From positions 97,340,001 to 97,404,000 of the forward strand of contig NC_043005.1 of the NCBI RefSeq assembly GCF_006345805.1: a stretch of DNA of 64,000 bases. The letters run 5' to 3'. Origin of the DNA: Octopus sinensis. Its lineage: Eukaryota. A model generated the notes under the pieces. It saw nothing but the letters and a program-made list of their open reading frames with translations. It was not told where the DNA came from and searched no databases. This document shows, piece by piece, positions 1-13,991 of this stretch (position 1 is its first letter; each line of letters opens with the position of its first letter). The position numbers were made by a program, and so were the translations under genes.

Positions 1-373
1 AAACCTTAGCCAATTAAGAATTTGAACTTGTGAGAAAAAAAAAATTATTCAATTATGTGTACTTGTCAAAAAACCCAATTTAGAAAGCTTTTGTGAGCAA
101 ATCATTAATATGTGAAATGTTGTATTTAGACTGAAGCATGCAATGAATATCACATTGAAATCATAAAAAAATATAAACAAAAACCTTCTGAGAAAAGTCT
201 TTAGCAACAGCACAGGTTCAAATAGCTGTGTGGCAAACATTTTACATTTCTTCATTTTTCAAAACATTTTGGCAACGGAGAAGACAAAAAATCAAATTAA
301 CATAATCTTGAAAAGTAGGTAACATTTGCTCAAGATTAAAATAAGAAATACAGACAAACACACACACACACAC

Positions 374-417
<44 letters not shown>

Positions 418-1306
418 TTGCAGAATATATCAAACTTGAAATAAAACATAACCAGAAGAAAAAGTAGTTTACATATTCATATATGTATATATTTGTGTGT
501 ATGTATATATTTATACATACTTCGAAATGATATCAACCGGGTACTGAAATAAGAAGATACAGAGAAATGACTTATGAATAATTAATTTTACTCCCTATTC
601 ACTTTTGTTAACTGATAGCAATGTTTTTGACTGATTTATCTACTAACAGAAATTTTTTTAGTGATGTGGCACAAGACCATACATTTGTAGGAAAGAAAAA
701 AATAAGTGGATGTTTTGACATGTGTGCCTTTCCCAAGGAGAATAAGTAGAACAAGAACCTTCTGGTGGCATTCTTTCAGAACTGGAACCAGCTCCTGTGA
801 TCGGGTTCATAAGGAGCTTACATCTCACTTCATGCTGCTCCTCCTAGTATTTCTACCATCATTATCAGCCAAATAAAATGTTCTCTACAAAATTTAATGG
901 GAAGACACTAAAAGGATGCTATGAGGTCACACATCTTCCACTAGGGCCAGAGTGGTATATAGAGAAATCTGTTGATATTTCATGGAGATTTTGAGGGAAT
1001 ATATAGCTTTTCTTTTTTTTTTTCAGTGAATGTTGCTGAATATGAGTTCATGATCAGATTCTATGTTTGATTCTAGGCAAGGATCTTCCTTGTGTGAAAT
1101 GAATTTCTGGATGTAAAGAAGTTGAACATGCACTTGTTATGTCAGCTTTTCTTATCTAACGAATTTATAAGAGTGGTGATACTTATGAGTATTATTATAA
1201 TGATAATAATAATAATAATAATCAGCCTTCATTGGAGTAGTAGTAGTAATTGTAGTAGTAAAAAGCATCATCATTTTATGAAGACAGACGAAAGAAATAA
1301 AACAGT

Positions 1307-1431
1307 TCAAGGCATGGAATAGGGAGGTGGTGGATGTGGAGGAGGAGGTCCTTGTGAGTAGAAGCCTGGTGGTGGCGGTTGTTGTGGTGGCATAGCAGGT
1401 GGCATACCTGGTGGCGGCATATGTGGTGCAC
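1307..1431 (-). CDS. Shisa-like/CX-type membrane protein, last coding exon (Pro-rich tail, PPPPY, stop)
   Basis: Acceptor ttttttcag; phase 1; reads (S)APHMPPPGMPPAMPPQQPPPPGFYSQGPPPPHPPPPYSMP* with TGA at 1309-1307; frame continues from exon 4399-4476. Confidence 0.9.
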
Positions 1432-2149
1432 CTGAAAAAAATAAATAAGTAAACTAGTTATGATAAGCCCACACACACACACACACAAAATTAAATATTG
1501 TTTCAAAATGTAATGTATGCTTTTCCAGACTATTCTGGATAAAAACATCTTTTATGAAATTTTTTGGAATGGTTTATCTTGAAGCAGATAAAGCTATAAA
1601 TAATAGTGTGTAAATATTGGGTTAAAAAAAACCCTGGATAGAAAAAGCCAAAGACTGCATGTGGGATACAAATCCATATCTCCTGTAAATATGACATGTT
1701 GTACCACAGGGCCAAAGCAATCCTTTGATTTTCTCTATCTTATGACATGAAGAACATTTTTTTAATGTTTTTATTCAGAATCTAATCACCATCTGTTCAC
1801 AAATTCCCCAAGAAATATAGAAATGGAACTCCTATGTTTTTCTTATACACAAAAACCGAAGCTCAACTACAACATCCACATCAATCAAATCACAACCTTC
1901 AAAGACCTACAACCTTTCTTTTTTTGACTAAATTTTCTTTTTAAATCCTGAAAATTATTAAAGAATATACATGTTAGCCCATCAAAGTAGCAGAGAAACC
2001 ATTTCAACGACTTGCAGCTGAGTCCATTAAAGAAATAACTGAAGAGAATATAGCAATGACCAGCCTTTCAAAACTATGGTTACAACCTTGATGGACATCT
2101 GCACAAATATAATGACAGACGAAACTGCAAGTTGTATTCTTTTACTCTG

Positions 2150-2495
2150 TTATTTGTTTCAGTCAGTGAAATCTAGCCATTCTGGGACACTGCCCTGAAG
2201 AGTTTTACTTGATCAAATGGATCAAATAGATCAGTGGACTTACTTTTAAGTTTGGCAATTTCTCTGTCAGTTTCTTTTTGCGGAACAACTAAGTTCTGCT
2301 GATGTAAAGAAACCAACACCAGCTGTCGCATGCACACACACATAAGTTTCCCTCTACTAAATTCGTTCCTAAGGCATTGGCCATCCTGAAGTTATAGAAG
2401 ACATCATTTGTCCAAGGTGCCATGGGCATGCAGTGGAATTGAACCCCAAAAGCATGTGGTTACAAAGCAAACGTCTTAACCACACAGTCATACTG
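2150..2495 (-). mobile_element. Degraded tRNA-derived CORE-like SINE
   Basis: Colinear with the better copy at 43104-43561 (tttcagtca.., ccaaggtgcc..gcagtgg..gaaccc..atgtggtt). Confidence 0.6.
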
Positions 2496-3618
2496 GTAAG
2501 CAGGATAGCAGAGGGAAATAAAGTTAACAGACAGAAATAGTTGCAATGTTCTAATAATAATTTATCTCCAAAATACAGAAAGACAGTTTTTGGAAAAATG
2601 TGTAATTCCACTTTTATTAATTGAAAATTATTATTTCTAATTAAATATTGATTTCTTTCTGGACCATGACTTAATTATGTAATGCCAAAAATAATCAGTT
2701 TTGACTTAATGACAAGTTAATTACTTCATGTCTATATTATTGGCAAGAGCCAACCATAGAGCCTCAACGTGGCTGCTCAAACTGCTAAATATAGCAGCCA
2801 AATATTTCAAATCACACTATACTCTCTTAAATAAACACGAATTCATTGAACAATGCTGTACGGGGTATTAAAAAAAAGGGGATGACTATTTTTGAAATCC
2901 CTTTGATTGATACTGACCACAAGTTAAACATCAGCAACTAGTAGTTTTTGATTTTTTTATTAACCCAAGAAGGATTAAAGTAGAGGTTAAAGACACCTCA
3001 TGGAATGCGCATAGACTGAATGAATGGAAAGAAATAATCATCGACACTTACTATTGTCATGCACTGTGAATAATGGTGTCATTTATTAACTAAGACAAAT
3101 AGGTTTATTGAAAAACCCTAAAAATGAAGTGAAGACAGACATGGTTGTGTGGTCAGAACCAGGTGGCTCTGAGTTTGATTCCACTAAGCAGCACCTGTGG
3201 CAAATGTCTTCTACCAAAAGTTTAGTTACCTATGCCCTGTAGAGTGTAATTTGATACAAAGAAACTGTGGAAGTCCATTGTATGTAAATGTGTGTGTGTG
3301 TATTAGTGAAAGTTATTAAATGCCAGTGAGAAAAGTAGAAAAGTCAATAACCCAAAACTGGAACATTCTTATATGTAAGTTTACTCAGTCAGGACTGACC
3401 AACAGCTAAACAACAACAATACTAGACAGCATCCTTACACAGGAACAGTAAATTACATTCTGTTGTGATTTGCCCAAAACCAATGGAAAAGAATACTACA
3501 GCACTAACCCTACACCGTTCTGAAGCATCTGGAAACTGAGCTAGTACTCATCTCGACTGAGCACTGGAAAACTAACATATCACTTACCTTGTTTGTAGTA
3601 TGAATGGCTCAACATATA

Positions 3619-4192
3619 TTGGGTTATCCGGAAAGTTCATGCCGATTTATAGTAGCTTACCTTTCGACTTATTTTAGAACATGGTTGAATCCATAACATA
3701 GGATTTGACTACACCTCCATTTAGAGCACAGTTTAAGGTATCTTTTCGTGGAAGAAGGTTTATGTTCCTATAACCTGTGTTAATTCTATAACCCTTTAAA
3801 ATGGAAGATAAGAAAGTTCATCTTCGGTACTTGATGTCTTTCTTTTTCCATAAAAGGAAAAATGCCTCACAAGCAACCAAAGAAATATGCACAGTTTACG
3901 TTGATGTTTCTTTATCCGAAAGAACTGTACGGAAGTAGTTCGCAAGGTTCCGAGCTGGAGATTGTAGCCTTATTGATAAAGAACGATCAGGCAGACCATC
4001 CACCACAGATGACGACCAAATCAAGTGATTAATTGCGAATAACCCACATTGCACAACCTGAGAATTGGCAGAAAGCCTCAACCTATCAAAATCCGTCGTT
4101 CACGAGCACCTGGTAAAGCTTGGGTAATGGCAAGTATTTATTGACCTTTTTCTTTCCTTTAAAAATCGGCACAAACTTTCCGGACAACCCAA
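3619..4192 (+). mobile_element. Internally deleted mariner (TIRs plus N-terminal DNA-binding region only)
   Basis: TA-flanked imperfect ~28-bp TIRs TTGGGTTATCCGGAAAGTTCATGCCGATTT / AAATCGGCACAAACTTTCCGGACAACCCAA; decayed frame from 3801 MEDKKVHLRYLM..KNASQATKEIC..RSGRPSTTDDDQIK..ELAESLNLSKSVVHEHLVKLG. Confidence 0.88.
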
Positions 4193-4398
4193 TATAACCA
4201 GACGAATAGGTTTAATAAATTATTTATATAATCAAAAGTAATTTGCATGTGCATGCACACACATGTACATACATACACACACATATATATATATATACAC
4301 ACACACACACATGAGAGAGAAAGTGAACAGAGAAGCAGGAGAAGAAAACTGGGGGGTGGGGTGGAAACAAAGGAATATGAGAAAAACTACACTCTTAC

Positions 4399-4476
4399 TG
4401 GGAATGGGCTGTGCATAGGGTGGAGGGACTGATCCTGGTACAGGTTCTCCTGGATGTGGTGCTGGATATGGATAAC
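4399..4476 (-). CDS. Shisa-like protein, Pro-rich exon with PPPY
   Basis: ttttgtag / GTAAGA; 78 nt, phase 1-1; (G)YPYPAPHPGEPVPGSVPPPYAQPIP. Confidence 0.9.
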
Positions 4477-4967
4477 CTACAAAATCACAGGTAGAAAATT
4501 ATATTTTAAAGACACACTTATGATTAACATACAAACATTTTTTTTTAGATGAAATAAATAAAGAAAATATTACATTTTCTTAAATAAAAGAATGATCTCT
4601 CTATAATAATTCTGTGAACAGTTTACATTTTTTATGTATATAATAGAATAGGTTTTCTAGGTGAACAGAGAATCAACAATAATGCAAGTTCTTCACAATT
4701 AAAATAAAGGCCAAGAATCAAAACTGCTCTAAATGATAGAATTTCAAAATTTAATAAGCTTTTTTTTAAATGCTTGGAATTTAAAAATCTGTAATAAAGT
4801 GGAAAATATAATTCAAATAGAGCAAAAGAGCATCAGCAAGGCTTCAGAAAGAAAGTCAGCTTGGTAATTTAAAGCACTGTAATTAAAATCAGCCAGTTAA
4901 TTAGCTAATATTGTCTCAGCTTATAAAGATCAAAATACAGCCATAGAAACTTAACTTCCAACAAATA

Positions 4968-5746
4968 TTAGGTTGTCAAGAAAGTTCTTGCAGAATTTTT
5001 ATTTTGATTTTAAATTATGTATTTTCAAGTTAATTTTCGTTAAATTACTTTGACTTTTTTATATATCATTTTAAAGCCCATTTTTCGCTCTATCTAATCG
5101 TATTATTCTTTGTCTTTCTGAATAATTAGGCCATTTTTTTCCAAAACGTTGAATACAACATGGACAAAAAGCAAATTCGCACAATTTTCATATTCCAGTT
5201 CAAGCTAGGCCGAAAAGCTGCTGAAACAGCTCGCAATATCAATGATGCATTTGGCCCAGGAACCACAAATGAATGTACAGCACCACGGCACTTCCCGAAG
5301 CCAAAGTTGCACCAAAAGAAGGTCATGGTGTTTGGTGGTCTGTGGCCAGTCTCGTCCATCACAGCTTTTTAGATCCAGGCGAAACCATTACAGCGGAGAA
5401 GTACTGTCAGTAAATGGATGAAATGCATAAGAAACTCTGACAACAACAGCCAGCATTGGTCAATAGAAAAGGACCAATTCTTCTCTACAACAACGCTCGG
5501 CCGCACGTCGCACAACTGACCCTGCAGAAATTGAACGAATTGGGCTACAAAACTCTGCCTCATCCACCATACTCACCAGACATCTTGCCTACCGACTATC
5601 ACTTTTTCAAGCATCTCGACAACTTCCTGCATGAGAAATGCTTCAAAAACCAAGACAATGTCAAACACGCCTTCAACGACTTCATCGCCACCAGAACACA
5701 GGATTTTTACGCTACTGGCAGAAATAAACTTGTTTTGCGTTGGCAA
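4968..5746 (+). mobile_element. Hsmar1/cecropia-like mariner transposase pseudogene, internally deleted and 3' truncated
   Basis: 5' end TA-TTAGGTTG; MDKKQIRTIFIFQFKLGRKAAETARNIN joined directly to HFPKPKLHQKKVMV; NARPH and LPHPPYSPDILPTDYHFF motifs; stops and frameshift. Confidence 0.9.
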
Positions 5747-6084
5747 ATACATATACAAATTAGCTGAATTAAAAAACTCAGCAGCCAGTGCTATGAATTT
5801 AATTAAGGATGAATAACATGCAAACTAGATGCTAATCATTATCAATTCTTGATTTACTGATAGTATCCTCACTTCGAAGGAAGATAAATAAATATCTGTG
5901 GCAATTGCAATCAACTGTAAAGGAGTGTGAGTGATAATCTTCAGCAATCAATTTCCTGAAATAACATGTCATTAAAGAAAAGACAATATGGGAGGGGAGG
6001 GGAAATTGGGTGAGGAAGGGGCACAGAATGACAGTTGTTAACATATGTTTTTTTCCTTTCAATGGAGATAAATCAACACACCAA

Positions 6085-6445
6085 TTGTCCAGCCTTGGAT
6101 GTAACAAGATGTTAAGGTAAAGATCCCCTTCAGTCATGAATGACCATGGGATTGCACCTAGAAAGTTACCCTCCAAGGCAAAAGTCTGGGCAAAGTTGTT
6201 TATGGAAGACCAGCAGTTGCCCTTGCATACCGGCCTCCCCTCTCCATGCAACCAATGTTATCCAAGGGAAAGGCAAAGGCCGATACAGCTTGGCACTAAC
6301 GATGTCGCAACTCATTTCTACAGCCGAGTGAACTGGAGCAATGTGAAATAAAGTGTCTTGCTCAAGAACACAACACACAGCCCAATCTGGGAATCGAACT
6401 CGCTACCTCGTGATTGTGAGCCCGATGCTTACCAATGAGCCATGC
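6085..6445 (-). mobile_element. tRNA-derived SINE
   Basis: A box TGGCTCATTGG and B box GTTCGATTCC on minus strand, followed by GTGTTCTTGAGCAAGACACTT central domain. Confidence 0.7.
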
Positions 6446-7016
6446 ACCATCATATAACATGATGTAAGACTTAGACATAACACCCACACACACACACGCA
6501 TGCATATAGTAAGAGAGGCAGACAGAAAGACGTGGGAGGCAGCTGAAAAAAAAGGATAGTTGATGAGATATTTTTGGTACTGTGCAGCTAAAACTAAAAT
6601 TGTACTAATTAGTAGTGAACATTTAAAAGTGGGAGATTGGATTTTTACACTAGTCTGTTTGGAAATCAACGCAAAAACACAGATCTACTTTACTATGGAA
6701 TATTGCCAAACTGGAATTACAAAGCATGGAGAATATTGCATAGAAAGCAGGAAATAAAACTAAAAGAGAAAGGGAGGGTAATTTAATTTAGTTCTGTATT
6801 TCTAATTAATTAAAAAAATTATACCTATATTATTACCTTGTAACAAAGGGTCATATTCTGAATGGTTATGAGTATGTGAGAAAAAAGAAATTAGATTAAA
6901 AAAAAAAGAGTGAGAGAGAGAGAAAGAAAAACAAACAAAACAAAAAATAAAATCAGTATCAACAAATCAGGGCAAAACCAAACAAAACACTTTTCTTTTA
7001 TTATTATTATTATTAT

Positions 7017-7080
7017 TGAGTGAGAGAGCAGTGCATGCCATCAAAGTGACACTGGGGTAAAATATACGAAGCCCAATATA
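7017..7080 (-). mobile_element. Short 3'-end fragment of (TAA)n-associated repeat, inverted relative to 7682-8209
   Basis: Reverse complement of ~8146-8208, embedded in (TTA)n. Confidence 0.7.
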
Positions 7081-7179
7081 TTATTATTATCATTATTATT
7101 ATTAATATTATTATCATTCATCATCATCGTTGAACATCCATTTTCCATGCTGGCATGGGTTGGATGTTTTGACTGGGTT

Positions 7180-7615
7180 CTTTGCCTTTCATCCTTTCAA
7201 GGTCAATAAAATAAGTACCAGTTGAACACTGGGGTTGATGTAATCGACTCATCCCCTCCCCAAAATTGCTGCCCTTGCAGCAAAATTTGAAACCATTATT
7301 ATGATTGCTGAGAGCTGGCAAAATCATTAGCATGGAGCACAAGATGCTTAGCAGCATTTCATTTATCTTTGCATCCTAATTTCAAATACTGGCAAGGTCG
7401 ACTTTGCCTTTCATCCTTTCAATTTATCAACTAGCATCTCTCCCAAAATTTCAAGCCTTATGCGTATAAGAGAAAGGATTATTATAATGATGACGAATGC
7501 AGTGAGTTGACAGAATCATCAGAGAATAGGATAAGAATAAATGAGTTGTAGTATTTCTTCTGACTCATTTCGTTCTGAGTTCAAATTCGGATTTTCTTCA
7601 TCCTTTTAGGGTAAA
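7180..7615 (+). mobile_element. Cluster of Nin/Deu-domain SINE fragments
   Basis: Repeated TTTGCCTTTCATCCTTTC..GGTCAATAAAATAAGTACCAG and GAGTTCAAATTC motifs. Confidence 0.65.
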
Positions 7616-7681
7616 AAAAAATAAGTAATTCATTTGCCCACCACCACCACCTCACATCAAATATAATAATAATAATAATAA

Positions 7682-8209
7682 TTCAGATGCCCTGATGCAG
7701 TACCAGGCAGTGGCTCTCATGGCTTCTGATCTTAACTCATTGGAAGTGTTATCATGTACATTGTTTTGTCTTAGTGTAAAAGATGGCCTACAGCAAATAT
7801 TCTGCTCAATACCACAGATTTGCTTGTCAGTTGTTTGACCTTAACCAGTTGAGCATGTCTCTTAGTGGCTGACGATATGTACATCTCTGATCACAAGCAG
7901 AATTAGTTGGGGAGCATCATATCCGTGTGTTGAAAGGAATTCTTAGAGGTTTAGATAATTCACCTTTGGAAACATGGGTGGTTCGTTCATCATCCTTAAA
8001 CAATCCTTATGAAGAAAATTCTAACTGGGCCCCACCTGCAAGGTCATGCACTGTTTATTTTGATATGAGATCACCATGTTGTCCACACATGGTTGTGATG
8101 CATGTGCTTGGTGTACCCTTATCAGACGAGTAGTCATGATGGGTATACTGGGCTTCGTATATTTCATCCCCGTGTCACTTTGATGGCATGCACTGCTCTC
8201 TCACTCAAT
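7682..8209 (+). mobile_element. (TAA)n-flanked non-coding repeat, probable 3' UTR of an R4/Dong-type retrotransposon
   Basis: GC-richer block bounded on both sides by (TAA)n; second copy of its 3' end at 7017-7080 also in TAA repeats; Dong elements are known to target TAA repeats (assignment inferred). Confidence 0.5.
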
Positions 8210-8733
8210 CATAATAACAATAATAATAATAAGCAAAAATTGAAATACAATTTTCATACCAAAGATGCATAGAAACAATGACAAGGAGATCAGGTCTGGT
8301 TGCAAACTCTGGACCCAGGAAAATTTAGGAAAACTAATTTCTTTAGAAGATAGGAAGGCAAGGGAGACAACTAAAAATATAGGCATTGTTATACACTCTG
8401 GGTATAGATTGTTTAAATCAGTGTCATTAATAAGCATCAAAAAACTATCTGCAAATAAATATCTGTGAACAGAACATGGGCATTAAATAACGAAGATATG
8501 TGTACAACAGAGATATAAATATATAGACAGTTTTAATAAGCAAAAATGAAGATAGGACTCAACTGCTATCTGCGGAGTGGTCATGCTTGATATGCAGAAA
8601 AGGACTAAGTACCATATTTTCAGGAATACAAGTCGAATTCTTCAGACAAAAATCTGAACCAAAACTTCCATGTGAAATGCAACTGGATTTGGAGAGATAG
8701 TGACTATGTTTGAATGTTTACATATATATATAT

Positions 8734-9043
8734 CACCGTGATCTCTGTGACCGACCAGGCTATCAGATGTTGCTACACATCGCTGGTAACAATGCGCTTT
8801 GCATTGTTTTAGCCTTCAAGTGACGCCACCCCGCTGGCTAAGCGAGCAGGCCAACAGAAGAAAGAGTGACAGGAAGTTGTGGCAAAGGAGTACAGCAGGG
8901 ATTGCCACCACCCCCTGCCGGAGCCTCGTACAGCTTTAGGTGTTTTCGCTCAATAAACACTCACAACGCCCAGTCTGGGAATCGAAACCGCGATCCTACA
9001 ACCGCAAGTCCGCTGCCCTAACCACTGGGCCATTGCGCCTCCA
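8734..9043 (-). mobile_element. tRNA-derived SINE, apparently full length
   Basis: Head GGAGGCGCAATGGCCCAGTGGTTAGGGCAGCGGACTTGCGG..GGTTTCGATTCCC with A and B boxes; ends at a (TA)n tract. Confidence 0.75.
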
Positions 9044-9714
9044 CTTACACAATATATATGTCAACTTATATGCCGGAAAATATGGTAAGAATTCCATACA
9101 ACAGATGAACAAGTGGTGTAGTGGGATTACAGGCAGACCAGAAAGAAGGACCTTGTAGAAAACAGAGCTGTTAAATAAAAGAACAACCATGAAATATAAT
9201 TTTTCCTATGCTCAGGAGAATCCATGAAAATTTCCAAACAGTTTTTCTTACCAATGTGATCAAATGAGCAGTGGAGGTAGGTATTCCAAAAGTATACTAT
9301 ACAAAGTAAGAACATAGCAGAAAACATTTTGGGACCTTGTACCTCTTCAGGCAACAAAGGGATTCTCTCTTTATGCAAAAGGTCGATGGTATGATGTTTG
9401 TATATAAGATATTGGAAAACATTAAAATGCAAAGATTGGAAAGAAATGAAGAAAAACATGCTGTGGACAATATGTTAAGTTCCCATGCTGGAATGACAGA
9501 CCACAAACGAGTTGAGAGAAATACTAGATGTAAAATAATCTGATGGAGATGGCAAGAGAGGTGATACTAGTGGTACAGATATGAGAGTTAATTAAAAACT
9601 ACCAAACTGGAAAGAACCTGCAGATAAGGAAAACATATGTAAAAAAGAGAGAGAGAGAGAGAGACATAGTGTGTGTGTGTGTGTGTGAGAGAGCATATAT
9701 ATATATATATATAT

Positions 9715-9867
9715 CATCATCATCATCAACGTTTAACGTCCGTTTTCCATGGGTTGGACGATTTGACTGAGGACTGGCGAACCAGATGGCTGCACCAGGC
9801 TCCAATCTTGATCTGGCAGCGTTTCTACAGCTGGATGCCCTTCCTAACACCAACCACTCCGAGAGTG

Positions 9868-9870
<3 letters not shown>
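9715..9870 (-). mobile_element. RTE-family 3' tail fragment
   Basis: (CAT)n..GTTTAACGTCCG..CAGCTGGATGCCCTTCCTAAC shared with more than ten copies in the window. Confidence 0.75.
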
Positions 9871-9925
<55 letters not shown>

Positions 9926-11265
9926 AAGAAAGAGAGAGAGAGAGAGAGAGAGAGTGTATGTATATATGAATAATTCTGTATGTGTGTATGATTACATATG
10001 TATGCATGTATGAGTAGGTGTGTGTATCCAGCTGTGTGTGGAAAAGTGCATGGCCACTAATGTATGTTTCCTGAAAGCACAGCTTATGAGTATCAATGGC
10101 TCACTGAATACAATGAGTGTATGCGAGAGGACAAAGATGAACATGTGATGATGTATAAATATGAAAATACACTAGCATGGGTTGGACGGAATTAACAATC
10201 CAAAATATTACCTGTAGACAAATATGTACTTCGTGCACGGAATTACAGTAATTAATACAGGTGTACTGAGTGATATGGAAACTGTTTGTGTTGATACAAG
10301 AACAGGTACTGGAAATGAATAGGTGCGCTCAAGAATATTTCAAAAATATGTTTATTCACCAGGAAGGTTTGCTGCCAATTCTTAGTCTGTGTACAAGTTA
10401 CCTCCCTTTACTTATCTCCCTTTGATTTGCATTGTTCGAATTTCCGTCACTATGAGAGTGATCTCGCTTGTCCCATTTTAGCATTAACATAAGTGTTGTG
10501 TGGGAATATTCAAATATAATATACTGCCTACCAAACTGTTTGTTGGTGTGGATCTCTAACAAGATGGCTGAGGAATTTTCAGAGGTCTGTTCGCTCTGAG
10601 GAAAAACGACTATGCATAGTGGTTAATGTAAGACCCAGTGGGAGATGGATGGATACAATATGGGAGGAAAGAATTGGGGAGACAAGCAAGACGAATGTAC
10701 AAGCCAAGCACCGAGGAACAGGGGCCAAAGTTAATAGAGCACGACAGCACGATTGTAGGTTAGAGGCGTTTGTGTGTGTGTTTGGAATGTAAATGTGAGC
10801 ATCAAATAGAGAGAGTATGAATAGGAAATTGAACACTGAGTGGTTTCCAGAGACTTGGAATATAGAGACTTATTCTTAAAAATAAATAAAGATTGATTCA
10901 CACTAGTCCCAACAAAAAATAGGGGAAAGGGTTGCACTTCATTTGCCTTTGAAACACAACAGTCGTCAATGATACTGGAAGGAAGAATTAAACAACTTCT
11001 TTTTTTTTTTTAGTGAGTGTGGGTAATAAAACATTGTAAATAGGGCATTGTTAGATGTGTTTATTGCAATGTTTCATCCCAACAAAAACTCGTTTAACTA
11101 TATCAAACAAAAGAAAACAAACAAAGAAAGGATGCTAGGCAAGGCAGCACTAATAACAGGAGTACTAGAAATCAAAACATCACCATAATTTAAATAGCTC
11201 ATAACAGGCAATCCATTAGAAACATGCACAAAGATACTTGTTTAAATGTAGAATCAATTCTCTAC

Positions 11266-11328
11266 CTGCTGGTGGCGGTGGACATGAAGGTTGGCCATAT
11301 GTAGAGCCATAATTCATTGGATATTGTG
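11266..11328 (-). CDS. Shisa-like protein, short Pro/Tyr-rich exon
   Basis: ttattgcag / GTAGAG; 63 nt, phase 1-1; (A)QYPMNYGSTYGQPSCPPPPA; composition matches flanking exons; donor is weak. Confidence 0.8.
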
Positions 11329-11892
11329 CTGCAATAATGTTAGAATAAAGAGAAAAATATGCACAAAGCACCAATCTGGTTTGGAAGAAATTAAATAATT
11401 AAAGCAGAGAAAAATAGATTAAGAAAGAGGGAGAAAACATAACGGTCAGTTAATCATGACGAATGCAAGAAAAAGATATAAAAAGTAGAAACAGTAGAGG
11501 AAGCTGAAGGTTGTAGAAAGACTGTCGAATGAATGGTGATTTTCTTGTTATTCTGGAGATTAACTAAGATGGTGACTGTATTAAATGGTTAAACGGACAC
11601 TGAGAGACTTGTGGAAGTATTAAAGCTATATGTAAAACTTTGAATCGCACTTGAATAACATACCTATTCCCTAACCAATATTTATACTGTATCTATAAAT
11701 GGACTACACTGGACTGCTCTGATTGGGTTTTTATAGTACCTTACTGATTGATTCTTAATCACAAAGAAGGCCACTGTTGGAATCTAAGATATTAGATATA
11801 CTCTGAACAGCTGCACAACACAAGATATAACTTGAACTGAAATACTAACTTCATTCATTAAAAACAAGATAGAAAGTTATCTTTAATGAAAG

Positions 11893-12612
11893 AGATGAAC
11901 ATCAATGGAATTTGTATCTTGTGGTACCAGTGCCTGTGGCACACAAGAAATCCATCAGTGCTGTAGTCAGTGCGGTGGGCACATGACAAACACCATCCGA
12001 TCGTGGCCGTTCGCCAGCCTCATCTAGCACCTGTGTCGGTGGCACATAAAAACACCATCCGAAGACCCGGCAAGACTAGTCAGGCCATAACCCATGGCCC
12101 CTACCTGGGACGTAGTCAGTCCACCTGTGCATACCTTCCTTCTTGTGACACTTGTGAAGACCTGTTGAGGCAAGTGAAAATCAAAACAAATCAAAATAGA
12201 TGAACATCAATGGAATTTGTATCTTTGTGGTGGCACGTGGCACACGAGGGGGCCGTCCGAACGTGGCCGTAGCCGGTGCCGCATCGACTGGCCTCCGTGC
12301 TGTGGGCACGTAGCAAGCACCATCCGATCGTGGCCGTTTGCCAGCCTCATCTGGCACCTGTGTCGGTGGCACATAAAAACACCATCCGAGCGTGGCCGTC
12401 TGCCAGCCTCGTCTGGCACCTGTGTCGGTGGCACATAAAATCACCCACTACACTCTCGGAGTGGTTGGCGTTAGGAAGGGCATCCAGCTGTAGAAACACT
12501 GCCAGATCTGACTGGACTGGTGCAGCTTTCGGGCTCCCCAGACCCCAGTTGAACCGTCCAACCCATGCTAGCATGGAAAGCGGACGTTAAATGATGATGA
12601 TGATGATGATGA
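11893..12612 (+). mobile_element. RTE-family 3' UTR/tail with internal repeats
   Basis: Ends GGACGTTAAAT(GAT)n; internal duplication (11893 vs 12199); the same tail follows RTE coding sequence at 34880-35915 and 46168-47815. Confidence 0.8.
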
Positions 12613-13991
12613 TATTAATGCTGCCGGAGACATTAAATATGTCTCTGGTCAAACAGGCAAAATATTCTGATGTTTACAAGCTCCCAAAGAAGGAGAATAT
12701 ACCCAGAAGACATGGTCCATAATTCCTGAGACTGTAAGGATAGAGGAAGCTGACTGGGTGAGAGAATATAAAACCAGAAATAAGTGAAATTCTTAACGGT
12801 GAGTGTAGTTTGGGTCAATAACAATGAATTATAGAAGGATTAGAATAACAAGTTTGAGATGTTTTTATCTCAAACTGATATAAATTTAATAATGCCAATT
12901 TGGTTCTAACCCAATTTTGGCATTGGTCTTAAAAATAACGGTTGTGTAGAATAATGAATGAAGATTAAACATTTGAAGTCAGGTAGTAGCAAACAGTCTT
13001 CCCAAACCTAATAACAGTGTAGGATGTATGAGCTGCAATATGAAGAGGGTAGAAATTTCTCAGTCAGTGTTAGCAAGCAAGATATGCAAAAGTAATGACA
13101 AAGAAAAGAAAAATATTTTGAAATATTTGGATTTGATAAATGTTTTCCCAAATTATTTTCGAAAAATATTTCTGATTTTTTAATTCTTCTAACATCAAAA
13201 AAAAAGTGAGTGAAAAAATAGTGTAATTTGAAGCTAGAAGTATTAGATTGAAAATCTATTTCTCTTAATCTAAATTATTTAATAGCATCAAGTAAGGTTA
13301 TTGAAACATAAGAAATGAGATGATATGACAAGATAAAAAAGAAACAATGTTGTATCCAAGTCATTGAAACATGAAAGGAAATTGAATAGTGATTAATTGA
13401 TAGTTTAATTACAAAGTGGGGCTTAATCAAATATTTAAATAATATTTTCTAACTTTCCAACTTTAGAAATAAACACAAGGATTATGAAAAATATTAGGGG
13501 TTAGCTAAGCCAAAATGTTTGGAGTCATGTAGCTTGCTTAGTCAAAGACTAAAATGTTAGCTAGTGCCAATATTCTTTAATAATCACGTACTGTAGATAT
13601 ATGTTGGAAATATTGTAAATAATCAGAGCTAAGTTTATAATGAAGAAGATAAGGAAAAGTTGTGTAGTCATTATGCAATAGATAACTACTGCTGTTTGTC
13701 ATTGAAGGAAACAGTTTTAAAGAAGTGTTTTAATAATAAGGTTTAGCATTAGTACAAGATTAATTAGTGTTGTGCATGACCTTAGCTTTGATTGGGTTTT
13801 TTTAAGTTGAATTTACGAGCTTGTATTGTTGTGTTTATTAGTTTGTATTCTAAACAATTTCATTTTGTAAAGAGAAAGTTGGCGCTGGTTGAAGATCATA
13901 TCAATAAAATGGCTGAGTTGAAGAAGAGAACAACATTTCATAAAGTGGTGAAAATGAAAGAATGACAGACATTTTAAGCAATAACATGAAA

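Noticed and set aside
5160-5767. SETMAR-like host gene
   Set aside because: No SET domain; stops, frameshift and internal deletion indicate a dead mariner
8960-9043. tRNA gene
   Set aside because: A/B boxes continue into SINE body and there is no proper acceptor stem; the same applies to the head near 6380-6445
10570-10870. GC-richer block with open frames, possible TE or exon
   Set aside because: No recognisable motif, termini or convincing splice sites
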